A DNA stretch of 64,000 nucleotides, taken from the NCBI GenBank assembly GCA_951406725.2, contig OX597824.1, positions 17,236,001-17,300,000 of the forward strand. Reading direction: 5' to 3'. The stretch is from Octopus vulgaris. Lineage: Eukaryota. The translations under genes were made by a program, and so were the position numbers. A model generated the notes under the pieces. It made no database searches. It saw only the letters and a list, made by a program, of their open reading frames with translations, and had not been told where the DNA came from. Positions 29,537-43,920 of this stretch are shown piece by piece. Position 1 is the stretch's first letter. Each line of letters opens with the position of its first letter.

Positions 29537-29858
29537 GTGAGGGCTCGTGGCTTAGTGGTTAGGGCATTCGGCTCATGATCGTAAGGTTGTGAGTTCGATT
29601 CCCGGCGACGCGTTGTGTCCTTGAGCAAGACACTTTATTTCACGTTGCTCCAGTCCACTCAGCTGGCAAAAATGAGTTGTACTTGTATTTCAAAGGGTCA
29701 GCCATGTCACTCTCTGTGTCACGCTGATTATCCCCGAGAACTACGTTAAGGGTACACGTGTCTGTGGAATGCTCAGCCATTTGCACGTTAATTTCACGAG
29801 CAAGCTGTTCCGTTGATCGTATCAGCTGGGACCCTCGTCGTCGTAACCGGCAGAGTCT
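29537..29858 (+). mobile_element. SINE family B head + tail T2
   Basis: tggcttagtggttagg A box, gagttcgattccc B box, CORE-like domain; 12-bp TSD ttattaaactat. Confidence 0.92.
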
Positions 29859-30167
29859 TTATTAAACTATAAAATAACTACTGGCAAATACACGTGTTAT
29901 TAAACTAAAATGAAATTTATGTTCACTATTGTAAATCTGTTACAAAGTTGTTTTTTTGTTTTGGTTAAACAGAGATCGGTCCTAATCAATCAGGTTTATG
30001 ACCAAGATCGTCCGAGCCCTGATATTCCCTGCTCTCAATTTGAAAATTATCGAGGAGTACAGCGTGCAATATTACGCAGGATGTAGAAACTACATAAGAT
30101 TTTGATGATCTACATTATTTACATTATTTACATTTGACGGATATTTTTCCTCATCTTGTTTGTTGTT

Positions 30168-30218
30168 AACACAACCTTTCGGCTGATATTCCCCCTCCCC
30201 CAGCCTTCATCAGGTGTC
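30168..30218 (-). ncRNA. Minimal type I hammerhead ribozyme motif
   Basis: gacac-CUGAUGA-a-ggcug...cagcc-GAAA-gg-UU-guguu; one change from the palindromic AACGUU. Confidence 0.7.
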
Positions 30219-30265
30219 TTGGGGAAATTTTGAACCTGGGTTCTCATTCCTAAGGTATTTTTCGA

Positions 30266-30304
<39 letters not shown>

Positions 30305-30324
30305 CATTATTATTATTATTATTA

Positions 30325-30366
<42 letters not shown>

Positions 30367-30502
30367 GTAGTAGTAGTAGGAGGAGGAGGAGGAGGAGGAG
30401 GAGGAGTAGTAGTATTCGGGTCACTGCATGGAATCGAAATCAGAATCTTGGTGTTAGTAGCCCGCGCTCTTAACCAATACGCCATATGTCCACGGGCAGT
30501 GA

Positions 30503-30579
<77 letters not shown>

Positions 30580-30626
30580 TCAAAAAATACCTTAGGAATG
30601 AGAACCCAGGTTCGAAATTTCCCCAA

Positions 30627-30677
30627 GACACCTGATGAAGGCTGGGGCGGGGGGAATATCAGCCGAAACGATGTGTT
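30627..30677 (+). ncRNA. Minimal type I hammerhead ribozyme motif
   Basis: gacac-CUGAUGA-a-ggcug...cagcc-GAAA-cg-AU-guguu; the U16.1->A change likely inactivates it. Confidence 0.7.
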
Positions 30678-32211
30678 AACGACAAACAAGATGAGGACAA
30701 ATATCCGTCAAATGTAAATAATGTAAATAATCTACATAATTCCTCATCTCTTAAATATGGAACTGTATTTAGACGATCTATTTTTACAAACGTTGCACCA
30801 GAATGTCACGGAAAAGAAAATACCAATGTCTTTTAACGTCTGTATGAACTGTGAGGCCCTGGGTTTAGCTTTGTCAAGTTAATATGTATATCGGTACGGG
30901 AACACTCAACCTATATTTTGTTTCCAAGAGGAAGCTAGGTCAAAAGTTACATAGAAGCAAAATATTTTACTAGTATGCCATTGTGTTTTTTGTTCTTGTT
31001 TCGCCTCCGGTTTGATAAGCGTGATATTGGATTAAAAAAAAAAAGTCCAGATACGAATCTGCGCCTTTAACTTCATTGTAGTCGTGCTGTAGCATGTAGC
31101 ATATTAGTATAAGGACTACGGGGTATTTTACAACCATATAGCTGGAGAAACAAACTTTGTCGTACAGTTTATACAGATTAACTATAGGCAACCTGTAACC
31201 CTAATAATTAAGAATGATATTCGTCCGTAATATGTGGATTCTCGGCTTAGTAGGTACAACAGTGGCCGTTAATTGAGCCATTTAATTTAAAAGGGGGCCC
31301 TCATCACGCCAAACAATCTTCTTTACAAAGTGTGCATTAACTATAGGAACAAGGCCAGGCATTTTCTGGAAGGGTATCTACTCGATTACATCGATTCCAG
31401 CATCGGGTTATACATAACTTAGTGATCCCGAACGGATGGAAGCTAAGACCGGAAGAAATGCAGCTCAGCATTTTGTCCGTTGTGAACAAGATTCCTCCGG
31501 CTCACCGCTTTAGTTATTACATTTATAAACGTCATAAATTATACAGACCTTTATCACATACGATATCTAATAGGGAATGGCGAAAGTTAGTTCGCCATTC
31601 ATTTTATCACATAAGGCATCACGTGGATTATTATGCAAGTTATCGCCTTACTACATTCGGGATCACGAAAATTATTTCACAACCAATTTCCTAAAATATA
31701 TTACGTAAGGTATTTCTTGTAGTTGATTGAATAAGCCCCAGGATATTTCTATGTCGCAACGTACCTTCTCGATATGCTAGCGATGAAATTAGTATTTGAT
31801 AAATATCACAGCAACATTTCCACGATTCTATTATTTCAGCAAATTCGCTGTCTATTATCATGTTAGGCATAATGAACGTGCCACACTTATATTTCAATTA
31901 GAAAAAACATACATAAGATATAAGTGATTCACATAGGAGTTAAGGAAAGATTATAGGAGCATATAAATTCTGTTGGAGTACGAAAGGTTAGAGACCGGCA
32001 ATAATAAATCAACTAATACGCTAATATATCTAACATTAGATATATATGCATTATTGTTATTCTTACTTTAATTAATTATCATCATGCAGTGAGATATACA
32101 ATTTAATTTAACTACATTAACATGCTAAACGGTGACAATCTACAGCCGTCATGTCTACTGTAATACATAACACCCAGATTTACATTGTGCTAATATAGGT
32201 GTTTTGTATGC

Positions 32212-32243
<32 letters not shown>

Positions 32244-32280
32244 CTGCATGAACATGGATGTGTATACATAAGTACATATA

Positions 32281-32494
32281 TATCACCGTGATCAGTGTGA
32301 CCGACCAGGCTATCAGATGCTGCTATCAGATGCAGGCGAACAGAAGAAAGATTGAGAGAAAGTTGTGGCGGAGCCTCGTGGAGCTTTAGGTGTTTTCGCT
32401 CAATAAACACTCACAACGCCCGGTCTGGGAATCGAAACCGCGATCCTCCGACCGCGAGTCCGCTGCCCTAACCACTGGGCCGTTGCGCCTCCAC
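32281..32494 (-). mobile_element. SINE family D head + tail T4 (internally deleted)
   Basis: The reverse complement begins gtggaggcgcaacggcccagtggttagggcagcggactcgcgg...ggtttcgattccc. Confidence 0.88.
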
Positions 32495-32497
32495 ATG

Positions 32498-33270
<773 letters not shown>

Positions 33271-33272
<2 letters not shown>

Positions 33273-33683
33273 TTCTTTTCTTCTCTTTTTACTTGTTTCA
33301 GTCAATTGACTGCGGCCATGCTGGAGCACCACCTTTAGTCGAGCAAATCGACCCCAGGACTTATTTTTTGTAAGCCAGTACTTATTCTATCGGTCACTTT
33401 CTGCCGAACCGCTAAGTGACGGGGACGTAAACACACCAGCATCGGTTGTCAAGCAATGCTAGGGGGACAAACACAGACACACAGACCTGTACACACACAC
33501 TTATATATATATACATATACACGACAGGCTTCTTTCAGTTTCCGTCTACCAAATCCACTCACAAGTCATTGGTCGGCCCGGGGCTATAGCAGAAGACACT
33601 TGCCCAAGATGCCGCGCAGTGGGACTGAACCCGAAACCATGTGGTTGGTTAGCAAGCTACTTACCACACAGCCACTCCTGCGC
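33271..33683 (-). mobile_element. SINE family A, full length
   Basis: Near-consensus match to 4311-4825. Confidence 0.93.
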
Positions 33684-34199
33684 ATGACATTATATTACTA
33701 ATTTAAAACGAAAGTGCCTCTTGCTGGAAATATAACCCCACATCCAAAATAATCTTCAGTGCTTAACATGTTAGATTGCCTCAGTAAGTGTTAGTACATG
33801 GGAGCAGCCACAGCATAATAATAAAGACAGGTCAAATTGATCCTTTTGATGATAAGCCCCAGCATTCTGTAACCCTGGTAATTAAGCATGCCGTTCTCCG
33901 TAATATACAGATTCTCGGCTTCCCAGGAGGTCCAATTGCGGTCCTTAAATGGACCATGAAATTTAAATGGGGTCTCATCATGCCAGACAATCTTCGAAAG
34001 TCACACAGTAAGTCTCTTCAAAATTGAAGGTATCTATCCAAGAACAACATATTTAATTTCATTGACGCGTAGGAATGACTAATTGAACACGATTAAAGAT
34101 ACAGTAAACATTGAAAACTATTGATCCATAACTTATCTGATAAGGCCTTAAAAGTAGTAATCAAGTAGATGGAGTATAATTACTAAGAACTATCGCAAT

Positions 34200-35110
34200 T
34201 AATTCCAAACGAATTTAATGGCGGCTGTATAAACTCATGAGGTTGCGAAGATTAATCGTTGGTAAACTAACTTTTAAACGATATCTGCAGAAGAAACTCG
34301 ATATGGCCATTCAATGGAAAGACAATCTGATACCTCTTGATGGGATTAAAACCTTTGGAAACACCAGCCACTAAAAAGCATCACCAAAATAAGACAAACA
34401 ACAAAGATATCGAATAAATGGCAAATAATTTTGAAGATATAAACAAAAGAGTGAATTACGAAATCAAATCCTGTCCCTGTTTAAAAAGAGTATTCCTGGG
34501 TTCTCCATTTGCCCGTTGCTCTTTCCTTGATCCGTGCTAATACATTTATTCTGCATAAGAGATCAAACTGGGTTTTATTAGATACAAATGTGGGAGAAAA
34601 GCGATCCCTATTTTGTACATGGAAGACATAATAGTAGGTGCACCCGATTATACAGAACTGGAAAACACAATTACAAACACTACGTTGGTTAACTACAAAA
34701 AATGTTTATCCTATTTCGTTAACAATCTTACGCCAACGTAACTTTGATGAGAGGTCAATTTCTGTGTAACATTAAAAATAGTGGCTTAAAGAGCTGAGAC
34801 AAGCGAATTACATCAAATATAGACACAGAAGTACTTAAGATCTAAAGAAATTGATTGAGTACGGCGCAAATACATACGAATGGAAAAATTGTAGGAGCAA
34901 CTATTACTAAAATATTAAATATTGAAAATAGTCTAAAATGCCAAACAAAAATAAAACGGGACAAAAACGGTAATATAAATGCACTCACTGTCCAGTAATA
35001 AATAACAGTTTTAATATTCTCTACTAGACATAAGTGATTTAGCAAGACTAGACAGGAAGAAAGAAAAATCATGACTGCATTTAGAATACACAATAGAAAA
35101 ATTTGGCCAA
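34200..35110 (+). pseudogene. Heavily decayed R4/Dong-like LINE reverse transcriptase
   Basis: Remnant motifs across frameshifts: RVFLG-SICPLLF, YMEDI, INALTVP, DR..RKIMTAFRIH. Confidence 0.55.
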
Positions 35111-35460
35111 AAATGTGAATTACAAAACGAAGAGAATAAACAAAAATGAAGAATGAAAAAAAAGTAACAGCAGCAGAAACTATTACAAGACTAAAGATTA
35201 AGCTGAAATTGGCACTAGAATGTAATGTTCAGACGACGCTAAGAAAGCTTCCACCTGATTAATAAATGACGGATTTAAGCAAAAGATAAATAGAGAAAGT
35301 TTTCTCCACTGGTGGAATAATTTGGAACCAACATATGTAACCGAATATCGTCAAAATATTTTGGTATCTTTGAGCGCCTATCAGTGACGGCATCACACGA
35401 CAACCCCAGACTAAGAGATGAGAGTCAATGATTTTTCTAATCAAAGAAGCTATACCTTAT

Positions 35461-36018
35461 ATAGCTCAGAACTTGAGGCAATCCATCGAAGCTACACGAA
35501 GAAGATAGACTCTGTGCAGCATATAAGCTATTGGAAAAAACTCAAGAGATTAAGACTCTATTCCTTGGAGCGTAGGCGAGAAAGATATGCCATAACATAC
35601 ATCTGGAAGATCCTGGAAGGACTTGTCCCAAACTTTGACATCGAGAGTTACACAAATACTAGAACTGGGCGCCACTGCATAGTGCCAAGGACTCCAAATT
35701 TGCCATCAAGGTGTATGACAAGATACTGTGATAGCCTGGGCTTCAGACATCCACAGCTGTTCAGTATCCTCCCGAAGAACCTGAGAGACCTGGGGTGGAT
35801 GTAGGTGTCTTCAAAATAAAGCTGGACCTCTTCCTGTCAGGTGTCCTAGATGAACCAACTTCGCGGCAGCAGGTGCAGATGAGGGCAGCTGCATCAAACT
35901 CATGCACCAAATGTCAATTGCTAAAAAGCATTCGTGAAGTAAAATCATGTAGCAACACCAAATGGCGGTGCCCCAGCATGACCACAGTTCGTGAGCTGAA
36001 ACTAGATGAAATAAAAAT
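35461..36018 (+). mobile_element. LINE 3' end (CR1/L2-like RT C-terminus + 3' tail)
   Basis: ISYWKKLKRLRLYSLERRRERYAITYIWKILEGLVPNF...; tail ggcggtgccccagcatg...gctgaaactagatgaaa. Confidence 0.85.
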
Positions 36019-36114
36019 ATATATATATATATGAAGTATAAAATAACGCGACCCAATCTCAGCAGATGTATATTAAGACAAATTGCAACGGTAAGATATT
36101 AATACACCACCAAT

Positions 36115-37413
36115 GGTGGAATTGTAGGATTAAGGTGTATTACAACAATGATAATTTAGTCTGAAAAGGGTTTCTGTACCTTAAGCTTAGAAGAAAAGTT
36201 GGTTGCGATACGCGGTGCATTAATACACCTCCAATGTGCGTGTTTATCACTCCAACTCGAATCAACATGAACAGTATGCACTCGGCACCTTTCTGAATGA
36301 GATTGGGCAACCTACTTGTAAATAATTCTTCGTCATTCTAAATCGTAGAAGATAGCTTCTAATTCCAATGTGATTGTGTTACCAGCAATGTGAAGTCCCA
36401 TGGCTCAGTGGTTAGAGCGTCGAGCTTACGATCGTGAGGTTGTGAGGTTGTGAGGATTTGATGTCAACCTTTATTGGTGGGAGTTAAATTACTGGGTGGT
36501 AATTGTGTTGAAGGTGCATGGCTCAGTAGTTAGAGCGTCGAGCTTACGATCGTGAGGTTGTGAGCTCGAATCCCGAACCGGGCTGCGTGTTGTGTTCTTG
36601 AGGAAGACACTTTATCTCACGTTGCTCCAGTTCACTCACCTGCAGAAATGAGTTGCGACGTCACAGGTGCCAAGCTGTATCGGCCCCTCTGCCATTCCCT
36701 TGGATAACATTAATGGCGTGGAAAGGGGAGGTTTGTATGCACGGGCGACTGCTGGTCTTCCATAAACCACCTTGCCCAGAATTGTGACTAGGAGGGTAAC
36801 TTTCTAGGTGCAATCCCATGGTCAGTGTCGTGACCGAAGGAGGTCCCAGCCGACCGACCGACCGTTACCAGCAATGATTTTATTAAAAGAAGATAGTTCT
36901 TTATTTAAAATAGGTAGGGATGTTTCTGGTTGTAATTTTTCTTTCTCTGTTCTGAAATATGTAAAGAAAAAGGTTTTCGTTAACTGTGATGTGAGTTGAA
37001 CATGAATTTCAAAAGGTGCAACGCAGAAAATCGAATGAATTTCTCATATAACTGAACTGCCAGACTTCAAACGTATATATTTGAAATATTTCAATAGTTC
37101 TATGCAAAAGTGAATAAATTTAAATAAAAAGGAAGAGGGAGATAAACTCATTGTATTAGTATGACATTTCAAAACTGAGTTGCTAAACAGAAGCGGTAAT
37201 AAAAAATAATATTGATTTTTAGATTGAGATAGAACAAGTTCAATACTGGAAATTAAAACAGGTAAGATTAAGTTTGCTGACGCATAAAAGTATTCGAATC
37301 TTGCAGAGGTAATCACGTATTGCAACCGAATTTCCTTCTAAGGTTAAGGTACAGGAACCCTTTTCAGAGTAAATTAGCATTGTTGTAATACACCTTAATC
37401 CTACAATTCTACC
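36115..37413. mobile_element. Non-autonomous DNA element with ~100-bp TIRs
   Basis: 36115-36214 ggtggaattgtaggattaaggtgtattacaacaatg... is the reverse complement (about 88% identity by eye) of 37314-37413. Confidence 0.8.
36391..36863 (+). mobile_element. SINE family B with duplicated head and captured spacer
   Basis: Two tRNA heads separated by ggatttgatgtcaacc...aattgtgtt; 13-bp TSD gttaccagcaatg. Confidence 0.9.
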
Positions 37414-37484
37414 GGAAGTGCTAGCAGGAGTGATTATTTGTAATCGAGTAGCATTAAAGACCATTTCTGAAATCTATATGATTG

Positions 37485-37812
37485 CAGCGGTTAAAATTCT
37501 CAATCGGGTTCCATTTAAGATTTTGGGGTTCCATGCAACAAAATTTTCAATTAGAGATCCGCAGAAGTAATTTAAGTTTCCATGACAAAATTTTGCTTTC
37601 AACGTATTTATTGCAAAAAAAAAACCTCCTAGGTTTCTTTCTTTGGCGTTAAATACAATTCCACTAACACAAATTAATGTGTAAAAAACAAAACAGGAAT
37701 TTCGAAAGAGGTTTCTATAAAACTAATTTTTAAACATCGAATGGCCATCAGGAGCCACCAAGATAAAATAGTAATCAAAAGAGTCCACAGATAAAAAATG
37801 GTTGAGGACCAT
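37485..37812. mobile_element. Degenerate hAT-like MITE
   Basis: Ends cagcggtt..ttctcaa / ggttgaggaccatt, with internal gggttccat repeats. Confidence 0.4.
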
Positions 37813-38447
37813 TTGGGGGTTAATAAAGGTGAAAAGGTTATCTTCAATAGGGAAAAATTTGGATTTTATATGGATAATATGTACAGTACTCTCAATATCA
37901 CCGATTTCAGCAGAATCTTTAGACACCCATACTAGAGAAATAGACAATTGCTATAGTTGAACATATGTACAGGATATTTTAAATTATATTCGCTACTTTA
38001 GCAATGCAGCTAAATGAATACACATACACACACACAGACGCACACACACACACACGTACACACACAGACGCACACACACACACAGTCGCACACACACACG
38101 CACACACACGCACACAGACGCACACATATATATATATGTGTGTGTGTGTGTGGAAGTATGCATATGTATATATGTGTGTGTGTTTGTGCGTGTGTGTGGA
38201 TGTGTATGTACATATATGTATACACAGACACTCATATCGATGTAAATATAAAGATATATACATCCTTATATGTGTGTGTGCGTACCTTTGTTGTAGATGC
38301 GCGTGTATATGTGTGCGAATGTAGTTATGCAGGTGTGCGTATACATAAATACAATATATATATAGATATATATATATATATACATACATAAATGGAAGTA
38401 TATATATGTGAATATATATGTAATCATATTCATATGTTTTTACGTGT

Positions 38448-38504
<57 letters not shown>

Positions 38505-38510
38505 CATATA

Positions 38511-38564
<54 letters not shown>

Positions 38565-38575
38565 TATACATACAT

Positions 38576-38626
<51 letters not shown>

Positions 38627-39527
38627 CAGTAATAGAGAGAAAGAGAGAGATGCATATAGTGAACGTAAGAAGAGCGAAGTAAACAAAACAAATAGAAGAT
38701 ATGACACTTTGAATTGTAGAAATTAAGACAATAGAAATTACAGAGCAAATATACGGAGTCTTAAAGTAAAATAACTGTAAATATATCGCATATGTTTCAC
38801 AAAAATGTAAACACTCCAAGCCATATATAATAATACAACGCACACAAACTGAGACATATGTAAATACACATGTATAAACATATGTAAATGTGCATTAACG
38901 GACAGAGATTCAAAGACACACATAGTACTATGCACATGTACAGTTACACTTACATATGTAAACGTATATATATATATATATATAAGATATAATACTGGGT
39001 GGGGTGTGTGTGCGAGCGATTGCGTAAGTACGTATGTGAATGTGTGTATGTGTGTGCGTGCATGCGTGTGTGTGTGTGTGTGTGTGTGCGTGCGTGCGTG
39101 CGTGTGTGTGTGTGTGTATGTGTGTGTGTGTGTGTGTGAGTAAAATATCGCAGATGTAAACCTCTAAATAGGCGGAGATGGGCGGAGATAGGCGGGAAGA
39201 CATTAAAATGGTTTACAGATACGCTGAAAGTTTGGAACGTTGTCAAAAGAAATATATAACATTGAAACAGTTTGAACATGGAACATATATATATATACAT
39301 ACATGTATATATATATGAGTGTGTATATATATATATAAACATATATATACATATTTGTATATTTGTATATGTATGCATATATATTAAATTATATGCTCAT
39401 ATAGGCAAATATACACACACACATGCAAACACGCACACATGTATATATATATATATATATAATATATATATATATATACATGTATATATATATATATATA
39501 TATTATACATGCATATATATATACATG

Positions 39528-39620
<93 letters not shown>

Positions 39621-40734
39621 TGTGGATAGAGAGTGCTATTTACAAGTTAATAATTAAAACGTATGAACAGAGGAGAATATACACCAGATGTATTATATTT
39701 AATGCTTTATCGTGGCTTTGTTTAATCCAAAGAAAACATATCATTGTTTAATTAGCGTGATATACATAATACTGAATAAACAAGGCCGAGCACTTTGCTA
39801 TTATGTGAAATACACAGAAAATCACAAGTGCAGTCACACACGTATTTATACAACCGCATCCACACACACACAGACACACACACAACGCATATATATAAAT
39901 ACATACATACATACATATATATCTATATATATATATATATATATGTGTACATGTATATATCCATGTATTTGTATGTAGATACGTACTTTTACACACGTAT
40001 ATATATATATATGTTTCTGTGTTCGCGGGTTAATGGTAGATGAAGCTTCTCAATATTACATGTTTGACGAAATGTGAAACAGTTGGAAACTTGTAGTAAC
40101 GGTTTGTGTTGAGATTTAACTGAGGCAATATGTATAAGTATGCACTACATGTGTCGAATACTCTCTCTTTCATACATATATAGACTTATACATTTACCTA
40201 AAACCCAGTTAAGATTATTATGTAATCTCCTTTGTTTTGTTTTCAGAAGGATTGCTAGTGAACTTATGATATCTATATATTATACATCTCAACTGAATAC
40301 TAAGAATCCATATGATATAATTTGCACCATAGAATTAATAGCTTTACTGAAGGGATGATACAATGCTTTGTTTTTCTCAGTGAGTTGTTTATCATGGTCA
40401 GTGACAAAGTTGAGACAATTTGTACAGCAAAATGCTTATAGAATGCCGAAACACACAGCTTATGGTGTAATTCTTCTTCAGTCATTTCTAAACCAACTGC
40501 TGGCTTTATCAATAGCTGCGTTATAATACAACTTATATTTTTCTTAGTCAAAATTACATAACAATGGTTATATCTTGATCAACATACACAACCAGTAAAA
40601 TTACATAACATTTATATCTAGAATAACATACATATAAAGAAAACAGTTATATATTACTAGAGATACGTAAGTTGATAGATTTAGCCAGCGAAATTGCATA
40701 CCACCATTGGTCGTGTCTGTCTAGCTAAATAAGT

Positions 40735-41047
40735 GATCACGTGATCACGTGACCGACCAGGCTATCAGATGTTGCTACACATCGCTGGTTACAATGTGCT
40801 TCGCATTGTTTTTAACCTTCGAATGACGCCACCCCGCTGGCTAAGCGAGCAGGCCAACAGAAGAAAGAGTGAGAGAAAGTTCTGGCGAAAGAGTACAGCA
40901 GGGGCCGCCACCAACCCCTGCCGGAGCCTCGTGGAGCTTTAGGTGTTTTCGCTCAATAAACACTCACAACGCCCGATCTGGGAATCGAAATTGCGATTCT
41001 ACGACCGCGAGTCCGCTGCCCTAACCACTGGGCCATTGCGCCTACAC
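40735..41047 (-). mobile_element. SINE family D head + tail T4
   Basis: Full head; 12-bp TSD agctaaataagt (40723-34 / 41048-59). Confidence 0.93.
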
Positions 41048-41090
41048 AGCTAAATAAGTATTTCTCTAAAATAGTTCCCTAGTTAAACAT

Positions 41091-41499
41091 CTACTTTTTT
41101 ACTTGTTTCAGCCATTTGACTGCGGCCATGCTGGAGCACCGCCTTTTATCGAGCAACTCGACCCGGGGACTTATTCTTTTGTAAGCCCAGTATTTATTCT
41201 ATCGGTCTCTTTTGCCGAACCGCTAAGTGACGGGGACATAAACACACCAGCATCGGTTGTCAAGCAATGCTAGGGGGACAAACACAGACACACAAACATA
41301 CACGCACACACACATATATATATATATACATATATACGACGGGCTTCTTTCAGTTTCCGTCTACCAAATCCACTCACAAGGCTTTGGTCGGCCCGAGGCT
41401 ATAGTAGAAGACATTTGCTCAAGGTGCCACGCAGTGGGATGGAACCCGAAACCATGTGGTTGGTAAGCAAGCTACTTACCACACAGCCACTCCTGCGCC
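41091..41499 (-). mobile_element. SINE family A, full length
   Basis: Near-consensus copy. Confidence 0.94.
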
Positions 41500-41869
41500 T
41501 CTTTTAGATTATAACTATAGCCTCTATCATCATTGATTTTACATCTAGCTTACAATTTTAATTAATGCATCATCCTCTTTACTACATATAGGGATGCTGT
41601 CATCAAAGCTATCACTTATATCTCCCTACTTCACTTGACTATTTGTCTTCATTACAGTTTACCATATCACGAGTTCATATCTGTATTGCGAATATTTCTA
41701 TCTGTCTTATGTTAGATAATCTTTTACCCAGTCTCTAATAAACCATCCCTATTGTCGATCCTATCCCCAGATGTATTACAATTATCTTTCTACTGCACTT
41801 GACATATTATTTATTCTATTGAAAACCCTACCAAGAAATTATATCAATAATAACATTAGTGACCAAATA

Positions 41870-42210
41870 TGTACAAAATTTTCATATTCTCCACCTTTTT
41901 TTTCTGGTCCCAATTCTCTATATGCAATGTCAGTTCTTTAATATTCTCTCGATTTTTTTCTCATATTTATATACCAGGTCTCCCCTTCCGTAAACTAATC
42001 ACATTGACTGTTAACATCCCTGAAGATTGTGATGTTTTTACACTTTATTAAACGGAAAGGTTGGCGTCCTTACTTAATTCTTTCAATATTATGCATTTCG
42101 CATAATTCCCAATGAACCATACGCGAAACCTTACCAAGTGTCTCCTTATATTTCATTCTAGTTAATTTACTGCTTTCACTTATCCAATATGTTAAACCTT
42201 CGCTTTTGTT
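41870..42210 (-). pseudogene. Decayed R4/Dong-like LINE C-terminus (zinc knuckle/restriction-like endonuclease region)
   Basis: WISESSKLTRMKYK...VSRMVHWELC (cf. HIISECSKLAQ.EYK.RHD.V...VHWELC), then IFRDVNSQCD...RP.I...DIA. Confidence 0.6.
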
Positions 42211-42347
42211 GTCACATAATATGATACTCCGTGGGAATTCGGTGATTATGAAATTTGATGGGTTTTTTTTTCTTCCCCTTATCATCAATTTTACATCTGT
42301 GAATACCACATTTTCGGTCTGATATCTCATTTTCGTCAATAGCTGGT

Positions 42348-43135
42348 ATCCTTCCGTCCATCCATCCATCCATCCGCCCATCTATCAATCCATCCCTCCA
42401 TTCACCCACCAATATGTACCCTTCCTCCATCGATTCGTCCTTCCTCCATCCCTCCATCCATCTATCCATCCATTCATCCATCTATCCCTCCCTACTTGCA
42501 TCTACCCTTCCGTCCGTCCGTCTATCTAACCATCCGTCTATCTAATCCATCCATCCATCCATCCATTCATCCATCCATCCATCCATCCAACTATTCATCC
42601 ATCCATCCATCCATCCCGCCTTCCATCTACCCGTCCGTCCGTCCCTCTATCCATTAGCCCATTCCTCCATCTAACCATCCGTCACTCCATCAATCCATCC
42701 ATTCATCCATCCCTCCCTTCCTCCATCTATCCGTCCGTCCGTCTGTCAAATCTATCTATCCATCTATCCATCCCTCCATCTATCCGTCCGTCCCTCCGTT
42801 CCTCCATCCGTTAGCCCATCCCTCTATCTAACCATCCTTCACTCCATCCATCTCACCATCCATCCATTCATCTATCCGTATCACTCTTTCTCCCTCCATC
42901 CATCCATCAGCCCATCCTTTCATCTAACCATCCGTCACTCCATCAATCCATCCATCTATCCATTCCTCCCTCCATCTATCCGCCCGTCCGTCCGTCCCTC
43001 CATCTCTCCATCTAACCATCTATCTATTAGCCCAACCTTCCATCTAACCATCCGTCCCTCTGTCCCTCCCTCCCTCCATCCATCCATCCATCCATCCATC
43101 CATCCATCCATCCATCCACCCGCCCATCCACCTGC
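42348..43135. repeat. Degenerate (ATCC)n/(GTCC)n microsatellite
   Basis: About 790 bp of ccat/ccgt repeats. Confidence 0.92.
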
Positions 43136-43920
43136 CAGCGTGATCAAATGTATGTTTCAAGCCAAGGCTTCTTCACGTTTCCATGATTCACTGTCGTTAC
43201 GTTCTGTAGTACTGTACCAGTCTCCAGTCTTATATTATTTCAGATTCCCTAATCTCGTTCATCACCAGTAGTATACAATTTCTTACGTAATATACTCTAT
43301 TACTTCCTCTCAATGTATGCTATTTTACAGCGAATCAATTTTCTCTTTCCTTGTTCATGGGCTATATAGATCCTATAAACATCATTAGGGTGCGCTAATG
43401 TTCCATATATATTCATTGATTTTCGTTCGTTTCTATCTAAACAAACATTATCTTCTGTATTGTTTCAAGAATGTCCCTCTACACTTCAAAGAAAATATGG
43501 TCTATAAGTTAATAGATAGACTCATATTTGAACCATTTACTTAGATTAAAAATATAATTTTAACCTTGTGAAGTTTGGTTTTCTAAGAGAAAAAATCAAA
43601 ACACAACAAGCAATCTAGTTTCTTTTTTATCACACGGTTATACCTAAATATTTCAAACCTTTTGTTTCTGTTTGTTTTATGATTGTCGTAAAGTGGTCTT
43701 ATATCCGATTATTTTCTAATATATTTCCTTTTTTCATTGTTGAAACGTCACTCGTTTTAACCTCAAATTGCATGATGCTATCTTCTACATCTATTTATTA
43801 TAGACTCTATAAAACTGAACTCCTACTGTATGTATATTTTCAGTGTGAGTACGAGGGAGCAAGTTTATTGTTTTCCTTCCTGAGGTAGGTAGTGCTTTGG
43901 TGCAAAGCGAATTCATTATG

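Larger units (their letters stand above)
30113..30766. mobile_element. tRNA-headed, hammerhead-bearing retroelement with inverted duplication
   Basis: Inverted arms 30113-30427 / 30496-30731 around a tRNA-like head (minus strand); imperfect 14-bp TSD attttgatgatcta / atttagacgatcta. Confidence 0.8.
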
